A stretch of DNA of 53,596 bases, the filler included, from Catajapyx aquilonaris (lineage: Eukaryota): NCBI GenBank assembly GCA_000934665.2. It is 2 parts of 2 records of this genome, joined end to end, with 100 filler letters (N's around TTAATTAATTAA, not from the genome) between each part and the next. Parts side by side here need not be neighbours in the genome. Positions count along the whole stretch, not along the records: positions 1 to 26,889 come from JYFJ02005179.1; positions 26,990 to 53,596 come from JYFJ02005180.1. One strand, 5' to 3'. Made by a program: the position numbers and the translations under genes. This document shows positions 21,155 to 34,600 of this stretch, piece by piece. Position 1 is the stretch's first letter, and each line of letters opens with the position of its first letter. A model generated the notes under the pieces. That model saw only the letters and a list, made by a program, of their open reading frames with translations. It searched no databases and had not been told where the DNA came from.

Positions 21155-21771
21155 CACTGCACTCCCGATTTTATCCGAGCTAATGGCTGCACGGGTGTCG
21201 CCAGATAATCGGAAAACACGGATAATCGAGAAACGGTTCTAGATACCGTATAATGAGCTATTCTCAGGGTTTTAATGAACAACTGTTCATAATGTATTCT
21301 GATTTAAATCATATTTAATTAGCATTAGATTTTTTTGTATGTTTTTAGTTTTTTTTTCTAGAAAATAAAGCAAAAAAAATTCTAAATTTTGGGTATTTAG
21401 ACTTTTAAAAATACGAACGAAATTTGAATTTCTGGTTTTCTGAAGGATTCGTAGCCTAGTTTTGATAATGATCTACTCAAATTGTAAATCGAATTGTATT
21501 GCCACTGTTTTTCAGGTTTCCCAGCCATCGAGCGACCCCATTGGACGGATTAGTCCAGATTTTCGCAGATTACAAGGGAGTCAATTAATTACGAGCGACA
21601 TCTGATGTCCTGATCCGTTTATATGCGTGTGATGAATATGGTTTTAAAGTACGTCTATTTACAGGCACAAAAAATTTGATTGATTCGACGTATTGTGAGT
21701 ATACTGAAAGGGTATTGTACTAGCTCGTATACCAATGTAATCCGGATTAACCGAATGAATAGAGTACAGTA
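21155..21771 (+). mobile_element. Tc1/mariner-pogo-like non-autonomous element, ~0.6 kb
   Basis: Left end TA|CACTGCACTCCCGATTTTATCCG is shared with the copy at 1565. Degenerate inverted right end ccggattaaccgaatgaatagagtacagta. Confidence 0.6.
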
Positions 21772-22404
21772 CTAGTAACAAACTTATCTGGCCAGATATT
21801 TTAGAGGCGACATCTGGTTGCCTTCATTGGAAGTTCTGTCCTGTTATAATGGGTGTCAACGCTTGGACACGCCTGGCCATTGTCACCCCCCAGGCAAAGT
21901 GCAGGATGTGTCAGAAAGATCCTACTTGGTATGCTGTCCTCCTCTGTGGGTAGGCCGGATTTAAATTGGGGGATAGGGGAAGAAGGGGGAAAGCGGGGGA
22001 GGTCTTCTCCTTCATCCATCACGTGTCTCGTGGAAGAGAGAGAGAGAGAGAACGAAGAAGAAGAAAAGGGAGATGAGGAGATGGTAGAAGGAGGAAGAGT
22101 GTCACATGGAGTTTGGGGGAGGAAAAAATGGAGGTTTTGCGGAAGAGGAATGGGGCAAGTGTCGTTAGGATTCCGAAGGGCACCTCACTTGAGGGCACGT
22201 CTGTGCCTCTGCAAATTCGCCAGCGAAATATCGCGCGCAATTTCGCCTTGTCGGACGTGCCTCCTTTGCATGCTCCAGTTTCCATCCCATGGTCCTAGTT
22301 GGACGCCATTTTAGCAAACAAGAGTGGTTGGAAAAACGTCAAAATGGCCACCAGTTTGTGAAGGGTCATTCCTGCTGACCCCACACATTCGAGACAACCC
22401 GAAG

Positions 22405-22719
22405 ACCAACCCGAAGCCAGGCCGTCTCACGACTCCCTGGTCCACACCCAGACGGCGGGCGCCCCACCACGCCATCTAGTGTCGGGATGTCACAAATCAC
22501 GCAAAATAGTCTTGGTGATGCGGCGTGGGAGAAATTGTCACGGTGGCGAATATGCCGGGGGCGAAAAGTCCGGGACGCGATGAAATTGGTCAATTTCACT
22601 TGTCTGCCGACTGTTTCGCGTGACTTGTGACGTCCCCTCGCTAGATGGCGTGGTGGGGCGCCGTCTGGGTGTAGATCGGGGAGTCCCGGAGTCGTGGGAC
22701 GGCCTGACTTCGGGCTGGT
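22405..22719. mobile_element. GC-rich foldback MITE with ~105-bp imperfect inverted arms
   Basis: cccgaagccaggccgtctcacgactcc...acacccagacggcg...ccccaccacgccatctag versus ctagatggcgtggtggggcgccgtctgggtgt...ggagtcgtgggacggcctgacttcggg. A second partial copy lies at 19.8-20.3 kb. Confidence 0.75.
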
Positions 22720-23882
22720 ATTTACAATAGTAAATACTGTTTTGTGAACTCAAAACTGACAAAATTGGTCAATTTAACCTGTTTTTCGACTGTTTCAGAT
22801 TCGGACTGTTTTAGTATGGTGAAATCATGAAAGGCCAGGATTTTCTGTCTTACAAACTGGTTATTGGACTCGGGGTCCTGTACAGTATGTCTCCAAAATT
22901 TTTACACATATCAACTTGAAATCGTCCCTCATGTGTCATCCTGTTCACCTTCATTCCTATCTCTCCCAATTTTTCTCCATTGCCAGACCCCCTAATTAAA
23001 ACAGTTCTTTATATCCGTCACTCCCCATTCCCCCACCTTCCCCCATCCAGATTAGAACGACAAATCCCCCGCCATATCCAACTGTCCCCAATTTGACGCT
23101 CCACCGGCATGATTCCCTCAACCTTATCTCCAGGCCGATAAGTCCACCTGTCCAGAATGAGATTGGATGGTATAAGCACAGGCGTGTTAATGAAAACGAA
23201 GGGCCGGGGGTTGGCTGGGGGTGGGAATGGGGGAGACTTGAGCCCCGCTTCGTCCCATCAGGGTTACTATAGCGAGTGTAGTCTCCCGCAGCGCTGTTTG
23301 CGTGAGCGGCTTGGGTTTTGCGGTTGGATGACTCCAGTAATGATTATGGTAAGGTTAAAGCGATGATAAGGCGGGGAGGATGGCGTTTCAACCCCTCCCC
23401 ATCCGCGCCTTCCCCTACTTTCATTTTTGGAAGGCCTGGCTCCCGAGATGGGGGTAAAGTTGTGAATGCGAAAGAGTTGGCCTAACGACACCGATCGAGA
23501 TGAAGGGTGATAATAAAGCTTGTGCAAGGCAGGTATATCCCCAAGGCTTGGTTACTAGAGAGGATTTATTTCGCACAGGTAGTTTCTCCTGGATCCCGCT
23601 CGTAGCAGGATTTATTTCGTACAGGTAGCTGCACCATCGCACCTGCTTCCGTGGGAAATGATGCATGGGTAGGAGACTGGAGGAAGAGCAGTCATTTGTA
23701 TTCTACCCGTGAGCAGGAGCCATTTTCAGCCCTTAATAATGGCATAAAGAACGCGGGGGTAATTTGGGGCAGGCGACACGAGTGCCATCTTGTGACCATT
23801 AGGCGCTCAGCACGTGGGCTGATCCCCTTATTAGGCGTCCTGGAGTTGGAGTCAGTCATTGGCGCCTATAATGACAACACCA

Positions 23883-24308
23883 TTGGTCTTGAGGTTGTAG
23901 GTGGAAGTAATCTCCATGATATCCACATAGAGAATTCATGATATCCATCTGGAGAACTCATTAGGCACATATGAACAATCTATGATGTTCCATAGACTCT
24001 AGGGACAACACAGAATGACACTGGGCAATACAGAATGTTCTCACAGGTCCTGGGCAATCCAAAATGACCCCATAGGTTCTGGACAATACAAAATGGAGGA
24101 CATTATTTTGGACATTTTTGGACATTATTTTGGTCTAGGGGTTGTAGATGCAAGTCATCGCCATGATATCCACATAGACAATATTATTCATGATATCCAA
24201 CCTGGAGAACTAATTAGGCACATATGAATAATCTATAATGTTCCGTAGACTCTAGGGACAATACAGAATGACCCCATATGTTCTGGACAATACAGAATGC
24301 CCACACAG
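23883..24308. repeat. ~247-bp diverged tandem duplication with internal gacaatacagaatg subrepeats
   Basis: ttggtct..ggttgtag...ccatgatatccacataga...ctggagaact.attaggcacatatgaa at ~23883 and ~24130. Confidence 0.85.
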
Positions 24309-24333
24309 TACATACATAGGGCATTACTTTCCT

Positions 24334-24783
24334 TATATGGTGTGATATTGTGAAGATTTGGTACCCCACAACATTTGTAAGAATATTTTCAATACATTAT
24401 TGTCCCACCAGAAGTATGGGTAACTTTGACCGGAGACTATTTCACGTATGACCAGGGCAAAATTTTACATATATGGTGTGATCACCCCCCCCCCCCAAGC
24501 TGAAGCAAGAAACAGAAAATAATTGAATTTTACTTGCTTTTATCCGATGTGCTTACAGAGTGTTAAAAATTTTTCGCCTGCGGCGGGCTTATTTGGTTCG
24601 GGGGGAGGGGGGAGGAGCGGGGCGACAAATCACCCGCCCCCCCAACAACGACGTCTAGATCCGCCACTGGGTGTGATAAAGATATTGTGAGGATTTGGTA
24701 ATACATATCATTTGTACGAATAGATTTCTTGCCCCACTAGACGTAGGGGTAACTTTGACCATCGAGTATCCCACGTATGACCA
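24334..24783. repeat. ~136-bp diverged tandem duplication, second unit interrupted by a hAT MITE
   Basis: tatatggtgtgat...gatattgtga.gatttggta...ggggtaactttgacc...cacgtatgacca occurs twice. Confidence 0.8.
24483..24669 (-). mobile_element. hAT-type MITE with one TIR almost entirely deleted
   Basis: Right end ctagatccgccactg (reverse complement CAGTGGCGGATCTAG, a common hAT terminus). 8-bp TSD GGTGTGAT at 24475-24482 and 24670-24677. Left end reduced to CA followed by a C run. Confidence 0.75.
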
Positions 24784-25996
24784 ATCCAAAATCCAACAGT
24801 CTACGACAGTTTAAAAGCAAAAAAATTGCCCGAGTATCCAAGCCAAGGCACGAGATAACGACTTTCTTGCAAAGCCAGTATCAATTCATCCCTTTCAGAA
24901 CCAGCTGCTATTTCCGTTTTGTTATTGGGACCCTATATTTGCTCGGAAGATTAGGCGCTGAAAAATGGAAATGGAAGCTCACTTGGTGGTCTGGACCTAC
25001 TACATGAGAGTATGAGACTTTGCCGCAGTATTGATTCGGCCAAACACGAATAAGAGCTGGTCTTTTTACCCGACACTAATTCAACCTCGCGCATTTTTAT
25101 TTCTATTCTAATTTTCTTACTAGACGCTAGAGGGCGTCTAAACTCTAAAGGCATGGAAACCCAGAGACTTGGAAATGTAATTCTAGCCAATCAAACTTTG
25201 CTTTGCTTCTGTGACTTTTCGGTGAAGTTTCAAATCTGCAAAATTTATCGTTCCCGGTTCCAATTTCTCGCTCATCTCCATAGGTTTCTATGTGTTTCCA
25301 ACCCTGCGTCTTGGCTGAGTGAGAGGAAATTGGGCGGCCTTTCTTCCGCTAATGAAGTCGAAACTGTAATTACGCCGTAATACAACGGAACTCCCCAAGT
25401 TGGAGGTTGGGCTAAGTCAGGGAGGGCCTCTGGAAAGCTTTCCTCTAGAAACAGGGATCAAAGGGAGGGAGAATTGAAAATAAAATGGGGAGAGGCGGTG
25501 GGGAGGGAAGGTTCGATTTCATTACCAGGGCTATTCGGGAGATAACCGGTTCGAAAAGGAGTGTTTTCCGCAAAACATGAGTTAAACCCTAGAAGCCCAG
25601 GCAGGAGAATGGGCGGCGTACTGTAAACCCCTTCACGGTGTGGTTGTCTAAAGAGGATTGCCATCTGTCGAGAGGGAAGTGCAGCTCCATTACAATCGAT
25701 GTAGACCCATCTTATGATATCCTCATTGTTGTCCCTGCTAACTGATAAAAAAAGGTCAAGCAATATCTGAAAATCAATCGGTGTGAATATGATTGTCCTG
25801 CATATCATTCATGATGATTTCTGCTCACAAAGTCTGAAAAGATATGTAGGGACATTCTCATTGTCCAATTCATCTTATGAAGACTTTGACAAACAAAAAT
25901 CGCAATGAATGAAGGAAATTCTTGCCAACATTCCATGAATTCGATATTAACGATAATTCATAACAATTTTATCTTCCAAGAAGAAGTCATGAAGAT

Positions 25997-26224
25997 TTGA
26001 CAGATAGTCTCCATGAGATCCTTTTGACAGAAAGTCTCCATGAAATCCTTTTGACAGAAAGTCTCCATGAAATCCTTACTGACAATTCATGAGGATGATA
26101 TTGACAGTTCATGAGGATGATATTGACAATTCATTAAGATGATTTATTGACAATTCATGAAGATGATATTGACAATTCATGAAGATGATATTGACAATTC
26201 ATGAGGATGATACTGACAATTCAT
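25997..26224. repeat. Compound minisatellite: 27-bp (ttttgacagaaagtctccatgaaatcc) x~3, then 22-bp (ttgacaattcatgaggatgata) x~6.5
   Basis: Direct reading of lines 25981-26221. Both unit types share a TTGACA...CATGA core. Confidence 0.9.
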
Positions 26225-26889
26225 AGCATTCTTATTGTCCAACCACATCTATTGAAGATTTGACAAAATATCCCAGGTAAAGATGGAGAATCCACATTTT
26301 CATTGTACTAAAGCTTTCATGAAGACTTTGAGAGACCAAATCTCCAATAGATCCTTATTTTATGACAGGAAATCACATACTGTGTGTCTGAATATCTTCT
26401 ATAAAAATTTCGCATAAAAATTTCAATGACATCATATAAATATTTACACAGACAACACCATAGCCAATCAGAAGCGTGACCTTGAGCCTACTCCTTCCGC
26501 CTGGGGCGGCGTCGTGATAGGTGGAGTTGAGAATCGACCTGGTTTGAACCCTTGCGCAGCTCATGTTAAAGTCCGAACCCAAGCAAATATTTTCGGGAAC
26601 AAACGAGTTGGAAGTGTGGCGAACGCTACCTGATTCCTCGCTCGGAGCAGATTACTTTATCGATAGTTTTTAGCCTAATCGATAGCCTGGGACGGCAACG
26701 AAAAATTGCTAACGGATGCTAGAACTAGATCTAGATCCAGCTGCCACCTGATCTAGATCATCCAAAAACTCCTAGATTGATTTCTAGACTCCAGGCCACA
26801 GGTTTAAAGTTGATCGCAATAATTACAGCCTCGTTGAACAATAGCAATCAGTCAAGTGGTGCCAACAGCAGCCCACAATCTTTAGAAAA

Positions 26890-26989
26890 NNNNNNNNNNN
26901 NNNNNNNNNNNNNNNNNNNNNNNNNNNNNNNNNTTAATTAATTAANNNNNNNNNNNNNNNNNNNNNNNNNNNNNNNNNNNNNNNNNNNN
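26890..26989. other. Assembly gap: 44 N + TTAATTAATTAA + 44 N (artificial linker)
   Basis: Exactly 100 bp and symmetric. The 12-mer at 26934-26945 puts stop codons in all six frames. Confidence 0.97.
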
Positions 26990-29900
26990 TCTACTTAATG
27001 AATACTCATTGGTAAACAAAATTAGTAAGGCAGTCTTGTCAATGAATAATACATGGTGCTCCTGACTTACACAGTAGTTTTATTGCCCTCATTGGATAAT
27101 TTGTATCATAAGATATCATCATTGTAGAGTCGTATTAGCAGTGTCATTTAAAATTCTAGTTTTTGATGACTCGTAAACAAAACAAAAAATGGATCAATTT
27201 TTTATTGAAAAATAGCAGCTAGTGTCTTATTCAGTTCTTAGTCTGCAAATGGGTCGTAGCTTTACCAAATATTTTTGTGTTGAAATATAGTTTGTCAGAA
27301 ATTAATAACGTACAGCTAATATTGCCACAGATCCGACCATATAGCGTTGTGTAATAATAAAAACGGAAATTAATAATCAACTTCTTACCACACCTTGCGT
27401 CATTTGTTTTATTTTCTGCCTCACAAATTTTAAGCAGTCCCCTTTTCAAAACACCAGGTGTACAATATTCGCCTTTCCCACCTCCTTACACAGTATGTCA
27501 TCAACAAACCATAAAACCAGCATTGACAACCCCCTAATTAATATCAGTAATTAAACACACAATATACATGCGGTACGTTCAGAATCTATAATTTTTGACT
27601 CCCAGCGCAGGTGCCACAAACGTATTTGTAACAACCTAAATCATAAATTTTAAAACTATATTTTCCATATATTAGACGCCATTTTTTAAACATTTAGATG
27701 CGACATTAGAGTGAAATAATATCAGCAACAAAAGCCAACAATTATCCTGTTTTTCTCTGTATCTCTACTCACCCTCTTTCCCCCTTTTTTTGAAAATAAA
27801 CTGTTCAAGCCAAATTCCTTGCAATCATTACTGTTCCTCAGGGATTTACTCGCGAGCAGTTGATTATATTACGGGGAGTAAAGCGGGGGATAGAGGGAGG
27901 TGATGGGAGGGAAATTCCGGGACCCAGGGATGCATTTCGGGTTGCCCACATCGCCCCATATAATGCTAGGGGGATGCTACAAGGAAGTGGGGCATTTAGA
28001 ATCTCCCAGATATCATATCCTCGGCGTTTGTTAGGGGGAAATTTAATTAAGTTGCTCGTTTCGCATTTCCGAATCGATAAAGTTCGCACAAGTTTACGGC
28101 GCCAAAGTTCAAGTTCAGACGCTCCAAAACCCCGGAGCCAACTCCCGGATTTTCACAGACTTTAATGATGATTACACCTACCTAACCACTCCTTTCCCAC
28201 GTAATAAACGGCTTATTTATTAGCCATTTCAATTTGCTCAACAAGCTGCAAACGGATGAGTTTGTACAGCGTGCAGGTCCAGTGTCCATGTGGGTGGAGA
28301 GAGGGGACAGGGATTACACGTATTTCAGTCTTCCGACCACAGATGGACCATAAAATTCCACCTAGGCTTACCACCCAATTGGACATCACATACCACGTCG
28401 CGTCTCGTATAAACCAACCGTCTATTTTTTTGGAAAGCCCCGGCACAATCCGTGAAACACAGCAGGTCTTTTACGTGTTGTCACCACATTTTTACTAGTC
28501 CACAAAAATATTGAATTTATACCGCAATGGTTGAACTATTGCGGACATAGTACAGTACCATGGGGGTATAAAAAAAAGAGACAAAGGCTGTTAGAGACAG
28601 AAGGCTTTCCACAGTAGTGGTGCCTTCCAGTCTGTACTGCACAACAGAAAAGAAACATCTCGGGCTCAATTTACGAGCCTTTTTCTCTATAGGACTCTGC
28701 TTACTGCTCCAGATTTATAGTCCTCTCACGAAGGACCATCAAATTACCGCATAGTCCAAAAACATGATAAAAGAAAGTGCTTTTTCATAAAGGAACTTTT
28801 TTTGGGGGGGGGGGGTGTAATTACGCGTTTTTTTGCATGCAGACTCTGATTTTGTTAAGAAAAGTTTGTCACTTTTTTTTCAGGTCGCCTAAATTAATAT
28901 TGCGCTCTTTTACTCCACGATCGTGCGCACAAAAAAATATGCAGTACATTTTCTAAGCTAGTTGACATATACAGCTCGGGTGCAGTTACTTGAACATGGC
29001 AGCAATTTTGTGAGCGAGCATGTAACGAGCTGGGTGAGAACTCTCCTGCCCTTCCATTTGTGTCTAGGGAATGTTGTAGCAGCCATTTCTCTCCTACTCT
29101 ACAGGCTGTAATAAAGAGTTTTATGAGTCATAAAGAACTTCTGTTACGGAGCTTAAGTGGCTATTCCAATCCCATTCCCGACCTAGTAAGTAGAGGTAAA
29201 ACCAACGTAATGCCACTATAAAAAGGATCCACCCTTGAAATTTGATCTGCCGAGAGAAGAGCCACTTGAGATTGAAGTCGCAATTTTTTTTTTTGCAAAC
29301 AAAATTATTGTGGTCAACACTAATGCTGGCTTTTATTGCCGCTAGATGCGGCTTAAAAACAATCAGTCAGCAGTAAGTGCCTTTTAACAATTTTACACCC
29401 CATCTGTTGACAATAACTACCAGCACTATAATTATGGCCGCTCATTAGCGATCTAATTAAAATGAGCAAACGTTGTCTCAATTCCCGTACCCCGTTTCGT
29501 GCCGTTTGCAAGCACCGAGCGGCGTATTGCTCCGGAATGAGAATATCCGGGTCCGGATAAAAGCTAGAAGAGGGGGGCCTCTAACGTGGAAACCTTTGGC
29601 GCCGAGAGATGCCAGCGCCAACCAGCCATCTGGCGGTCAATGGCCCAACTCGGTGCTCCAATCCTGCTTTGTAACTATACCGATTTCTGACCAAAAACTA
29701 TTATTTGTGGCGGTGTTAGTGCGGTTGAGGCGTACCTAAAGGGAATAATATTTTCCCACCACATTTTGGGAGAAAAATAATGGACACGCGCGAGTTGGAT
29801 GGGTTGAAAAGGCCCACGTCAAGCGAATACAATCCTCGGGGGTTTGGTGAAGTATTTATATTACTAAGTTCTTCCCCGTCTCTATTTAAAAGTTAAAACG

Positions 29901-30266
29901 TAGCCGTCGGAGTGTGGCTGGTGTGACTTGTGTAAAATATGGCGCCATATTTTCAACAGTAGGGCATGCGTATATAATAGAACAGAAACCTGCAGTGCTG
30001 AAACAGAAACTAGTTCGCGTTTGGGGGGGTGTTAAGACGTAGCCCACCCCCGCCTGACATTTTCCACCCCCACACACACAAAATGTATTGCCCGCCTGAC
30101 ATCATGAAAAGCCACAAGTGTGCTTAACTATTCATTGACTTCGGCCCTATGATGTACAATCCTAAAGTGAAAAAATGCTGAGACAAAAAACTGCGTGAAA
30201 ACCGAAATTTTCATTGTATAAAATACCTGCGATATAGATATTTCCATTGTATAAAATATGGTGGAC

Positions 30267-30314
30267 TGGAATAGCACATGGAATAGCACATGGAATAGCA
30301 CACGTAATAGCACA
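30267..30314. repeat. 12-bp minisatellite (tggaatagcaca) x4
   Basis: Three exact units and one variant unit. Confidence 0.9.
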
Positions 30315-31590
30315 CGTGCCCGGTATGTATAGGCTATCTGTTTAACAGTTCCAGTTAATAATAGACCTTTACAACAATCCAGTTGAGATACAGGACAAAG
30401 GAGTCGATGGTTGTGTGAGATAAGTACACCTCGAGACGACTAAAAAAAACCTGTTCCAGCGACTGTTTTGCAAAAACTCCTGCTCGGCCGTGATAGGAAT
30501 AATTATTTATTGGTCATTAACATAATTATAAACCCAATCATTTTTCAGAGGAACACGTTTGTGACCTCCCACATGACAAAATCAGCTTGTGGCGAGTCTA
30601 TTACCAGGTTAATAATTAAAAGAAGGAGGCAAACAATTACTGGGGGGAAAGGAATCCCATCAGGACTTAGGATACATGTAGATATAGGAGGGGGGGTTTG
30701 GGGGGGGATAATCGGCCCAAGCCTGCTTGTTGTGGTTCAAGGAAGTTGATCAGAGCAAGTTTTGTGCGCAAAAAGTGATACTGGCCAAGCTACAAATCAC
30801 CCTGTGACTGCAATATATAAACTTAACAGGTATGCCACAGTTAGTCTACTCCCAACCCACGTACTTTTTCCTACTATCAAGTTCAAATATCTTTTTCCTT
30901 CGTTGGTGGTCAGAGGTAAGGGGGATCAAAACTGCACAACCTATAATTTAGTTCTGAACTGAATAACTGTACATGCTTCTTTCAGTCAAAAAATAACGCG
31001 GATTGTTTTATAAAAAAAAGTGATGGACAAAATGGCGTCACTAGACGTCATTTTGATTACAGCTCCCGGAAATAGCTGTGGAACAATAAGAACAATACAT
31101 GTGTCGAAACGAATTCAGCCGATAACAAACCCGATAATTACTGTCGTACACGGAACAAACCTGTCCTAATATACATAGACAGCTAGGAGTTTCCTACCTG
31201 GTGATTTTGTGAAGAATGCCTTTCGCAAAGCCTTTGTGTGTCGGTCTTCCCACTGCTTGGAGGAGGAAAAAAATGGGGGGAAAATGGAACCTCTCCGCAA
31301 ATGGTGAGCCTCCTGTTGTGTTAGGGCGGCTTCATTACAAGGCGGGGAGATAAGCTTACAACGGCCAGGCTATGGGGCCTTGCAAGCTGCCCAATGCACC
31401 AGGAGGTCGCGGGTCGGGGGGCAGGAAGTTCAGGGGGGAAACTAACGAATAAGGGGCCAAGAAGGTAGACTGCCAGACTGGTAAAAAAGAGGCCTGATTG
31501 CTACTTTCCTAGCTGGGTCGACATCACCTGTTCTCTCAACGTCTGTCACACTATATTCCAAGACTTACTTTTTTCCTTAACGGTGGTAAT

Positions 31591-31696
31591 GTACTATATC
31601 GCTCAAAAAGATAGAGACGATTGGCATTTGATTCAAGTGCAAGTTGCACTTGAGTCAAATGCAAAATCGTCTCTATCTTTTTGGGCGATATAGTAC
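31591..31696. mobile_element. Near-perfect 106-bp palindrome, probably a TA-flanked MITE collapsed to its TIRs
   Basis: ~52-bp arms with a 1-nt centre (…aagtgcaa g ttgcactt…) and about 4 differences. TA lies at both ends. Confidence 0.7.
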
Positions 31697-34600
31697 GTAT
31701 ACGGCATAGTATTACGTTTGAATTGTTTGCTTTGGAAGCATCCGTGTTACTTAATAATAATTATTCGATTCATCGTTGAAAAAACAGGAATTGTTCTTAG
31801 TATTGTATACGAGCATTGAAATATGATTGCAGAGCACTATTTTCATAATATATTTGGAATGTGTTTTAATATATCAGTTGATGAATTGTGGCTATCGATA
31901 AATACAACTATTGGTATTTCAATTGGTATGAACGACCATTTTTAGCTAAATAGTTCTTAAAAGCATTCGTTACTAACACCATGCTTAAGCCTAAGGAATC
32001 GTGGGAGACACATGCAAAACTCAATTTTTCAATTTTGTTCTGCTCGGTATAGCAATGCTTATACGTCTCACACGTATTCACACGAGATGTTTGAAAAAAA
32101 ATGGAGTGTGTCGTTGTTAAATATTTTGAAGCCCAAAATCATCGTTTCACACATCATATGAAATACAAAAACCTTTCCAAATACCCCATATGATTGACGG
32201 TAAACTCGCTACTCACATTATTTTGGCGCTGTCAACAAACGTATCGTGAATCTATAAACCACGAAATTGCTAGGCCCTACATGGTTGAGTAAATGCGAAT
32301 GAATTTTCCGTATGCAGATGAATTGTAGAACATATTCCTCACGGCATGATTTGCACTTCGATGTAACTGTGCTCTTGAAAGTAAGGCAAATGTTGCAACA
32401 CAATAAATTAGAAGTTGGCCTTGCCAACTTCCGACTGTTTTTTAGATAGCCAAACCTCACATTTCAAATTCATTGCTAGGACATATATGACAATAAAACA
32501 TTGTTCCACGCATGCCTGGCGGTCGGATAAAAAGGTGAGCGTGCTTCTTGCAACTTTTTAATCTCATTATTGAGCGTCGCTGCTTCCAAGAAAATCCAAT
32601 ATGGAATAATCTTCACCTCGCGCCTTCGCACACAAACTTTTCCATCATAAATTTGGGAGGTGGGGGAGGTCTTTTTTTTCTCCCCTCCACCCCCCACTTT
32701 GAACCCTCCTCAAAAACTGTGATACTGCTACCCCCTCCTCCCTTATTTTCTTTTCTTTTCTTTTCTCTCCTTTTCTTGCGAGATCCGCTGTGCCCATTCA
32801 GGCTGAAACCTTTGATCCTCGGTCTAAGGAAAGAAGCGCGTCCCAGATATTTCTGGCGTTCTGACAGCCTCCGGGTCGTGATCTATGGCGCCCCTTACCA
32901 CGAATACATCAAACGTCCTTCCTTCACCTGATGGATGACTACTTAGTGAAGAAATCTCGCTCGCTTTTTTCCTTCCTTTTTGCTGTTTTTTTTTTTTGGA
33001 ACCCTAAGTCCACTTTCATCTCGCTTTTGTGCGCTTTCAAGGCGATCGCTTGGGCCAAAAAACGCGTTTCATGATGGGATAACTTGATTAGAGATTAAAC
33101 GCAGTTGTGAGCACAGTAATATTGAACCGTGAAGGTTAATTAGCGCGACTTGAAATGGGCAAACCGGCGTCAAGAGTCGTAGTAATGTTGGAACGTGATC
33201 GATTTTCAATCAAAAGCCCAGGTAAATTACAAGAGCACGTTTTTTGAAACTCAGGTCGTGACCACGTGAGCAACATTCAATTTAAACCCTGCAAGAGAAG
33301 CCTGTCTTAATCGTAATTGTTTCGATAGTGATAAATGATTTAAAAAATCAGGAACAAAAAAAAAGTATATTTCAGCCCCATTTTTCCTCCCCACTCCTAT
33401 TTTTTTACATATATTTTTAAGGGACGGGGTGGAAGGACACGGAAAGCCTCCTAAAGTGGTTACTTGCCCCTAACGCCATCTTCAGGCTAAAGGGATGAAT
33501 TATGGTGGCGGCCATTACTATAAATTTTGTAAACAAATATGGCTGCCAGCGGCGGGAGATCGATCCCGCCCAGCGCGCCGTCTCTCTCTCCCTCTCTCTC
33601 TCACCCCCGCAAAAATATGCTACTGATTTCAACCTCAGCTCCACACTTCGTAAACCTCCTGTAACCAATGCACAAAAAAAATTTCTACACATTTCGACAC
33701 ACTCTAACAATATGCACATAACTTGAATCTCAGTGTATACAGTGTGTAAATTTATGACCGTCTTGACATTTATGAGTGACTTTAACATTTCTTTATTGCA
33801 GGAAAAGGAAAGCTAATACCCCTATTAGCACAACGTTGCGGCTACGGGTCATCGCGGGAGGGACATCTCCGGCTGAGTGACATAAGAAGAAAAAAAAACA
33901 TGTGACGTGTGAAGTGACGTAACTGCCCGTCTACTGTTTCCACGAGATGTTTAGCACGTGCTTGGAGATCGTCTCGTAAAAGTCCTTTCGTCACGAGAGG
34001 GGTAATTGATAAAACGTAATTTGTCAAGACAATGTTGTTTATGTTACAGGTTGACAAATTGCAAACGATAAAAAAATAATAAACTCTTCCCATAAAATTA
34101 TTTTAATACGAATTTTTCATTTCCCGCAATTTGCTGTTGCGAATCCATATTGTAGATTGCCTGACACTAAAAACGTCAGGACATTTTCACGCGAATGTCA
34201 CAAAATAGAGCGTAACATCAGATAAGCTGGAAAGAGCAGGTTGCCACATGGTCAGCAGCAATATAAAATCAACGAAATGGCATGTTTGACAGCACAGTGA
34301 CGGAGAATTTCGTAGCCGAAATGTTGTCATATGTCAGGGCAACGCATACCTGATGATAAAGCTCATAACTTTGCAACTCTGCACCCCCCACTAATTGATT
34401 TTCCTGGTGTGAACCGTTTTGTGTGGCACACAAGCCGGCCATTTCGTGGGTTTGGCCATGTCCAACAACCTTGGGCCTTCCTACCTGAGAAGCCAAACCA
34501 ATCCCCAACCTGCCTCTCTTCCATTCGTCCACACGAAGCTTTATGTTATCTGACAGCAACAAATTCTATTTATATTTAATTAAATGCACTAAAACGGTAC

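Noticed and set aside
26934..26945. TTAATTAATTAA palindrome as a biological site
   Set aside because: It is centred between two runs of 44 N and is an artificial scaffolding linker.
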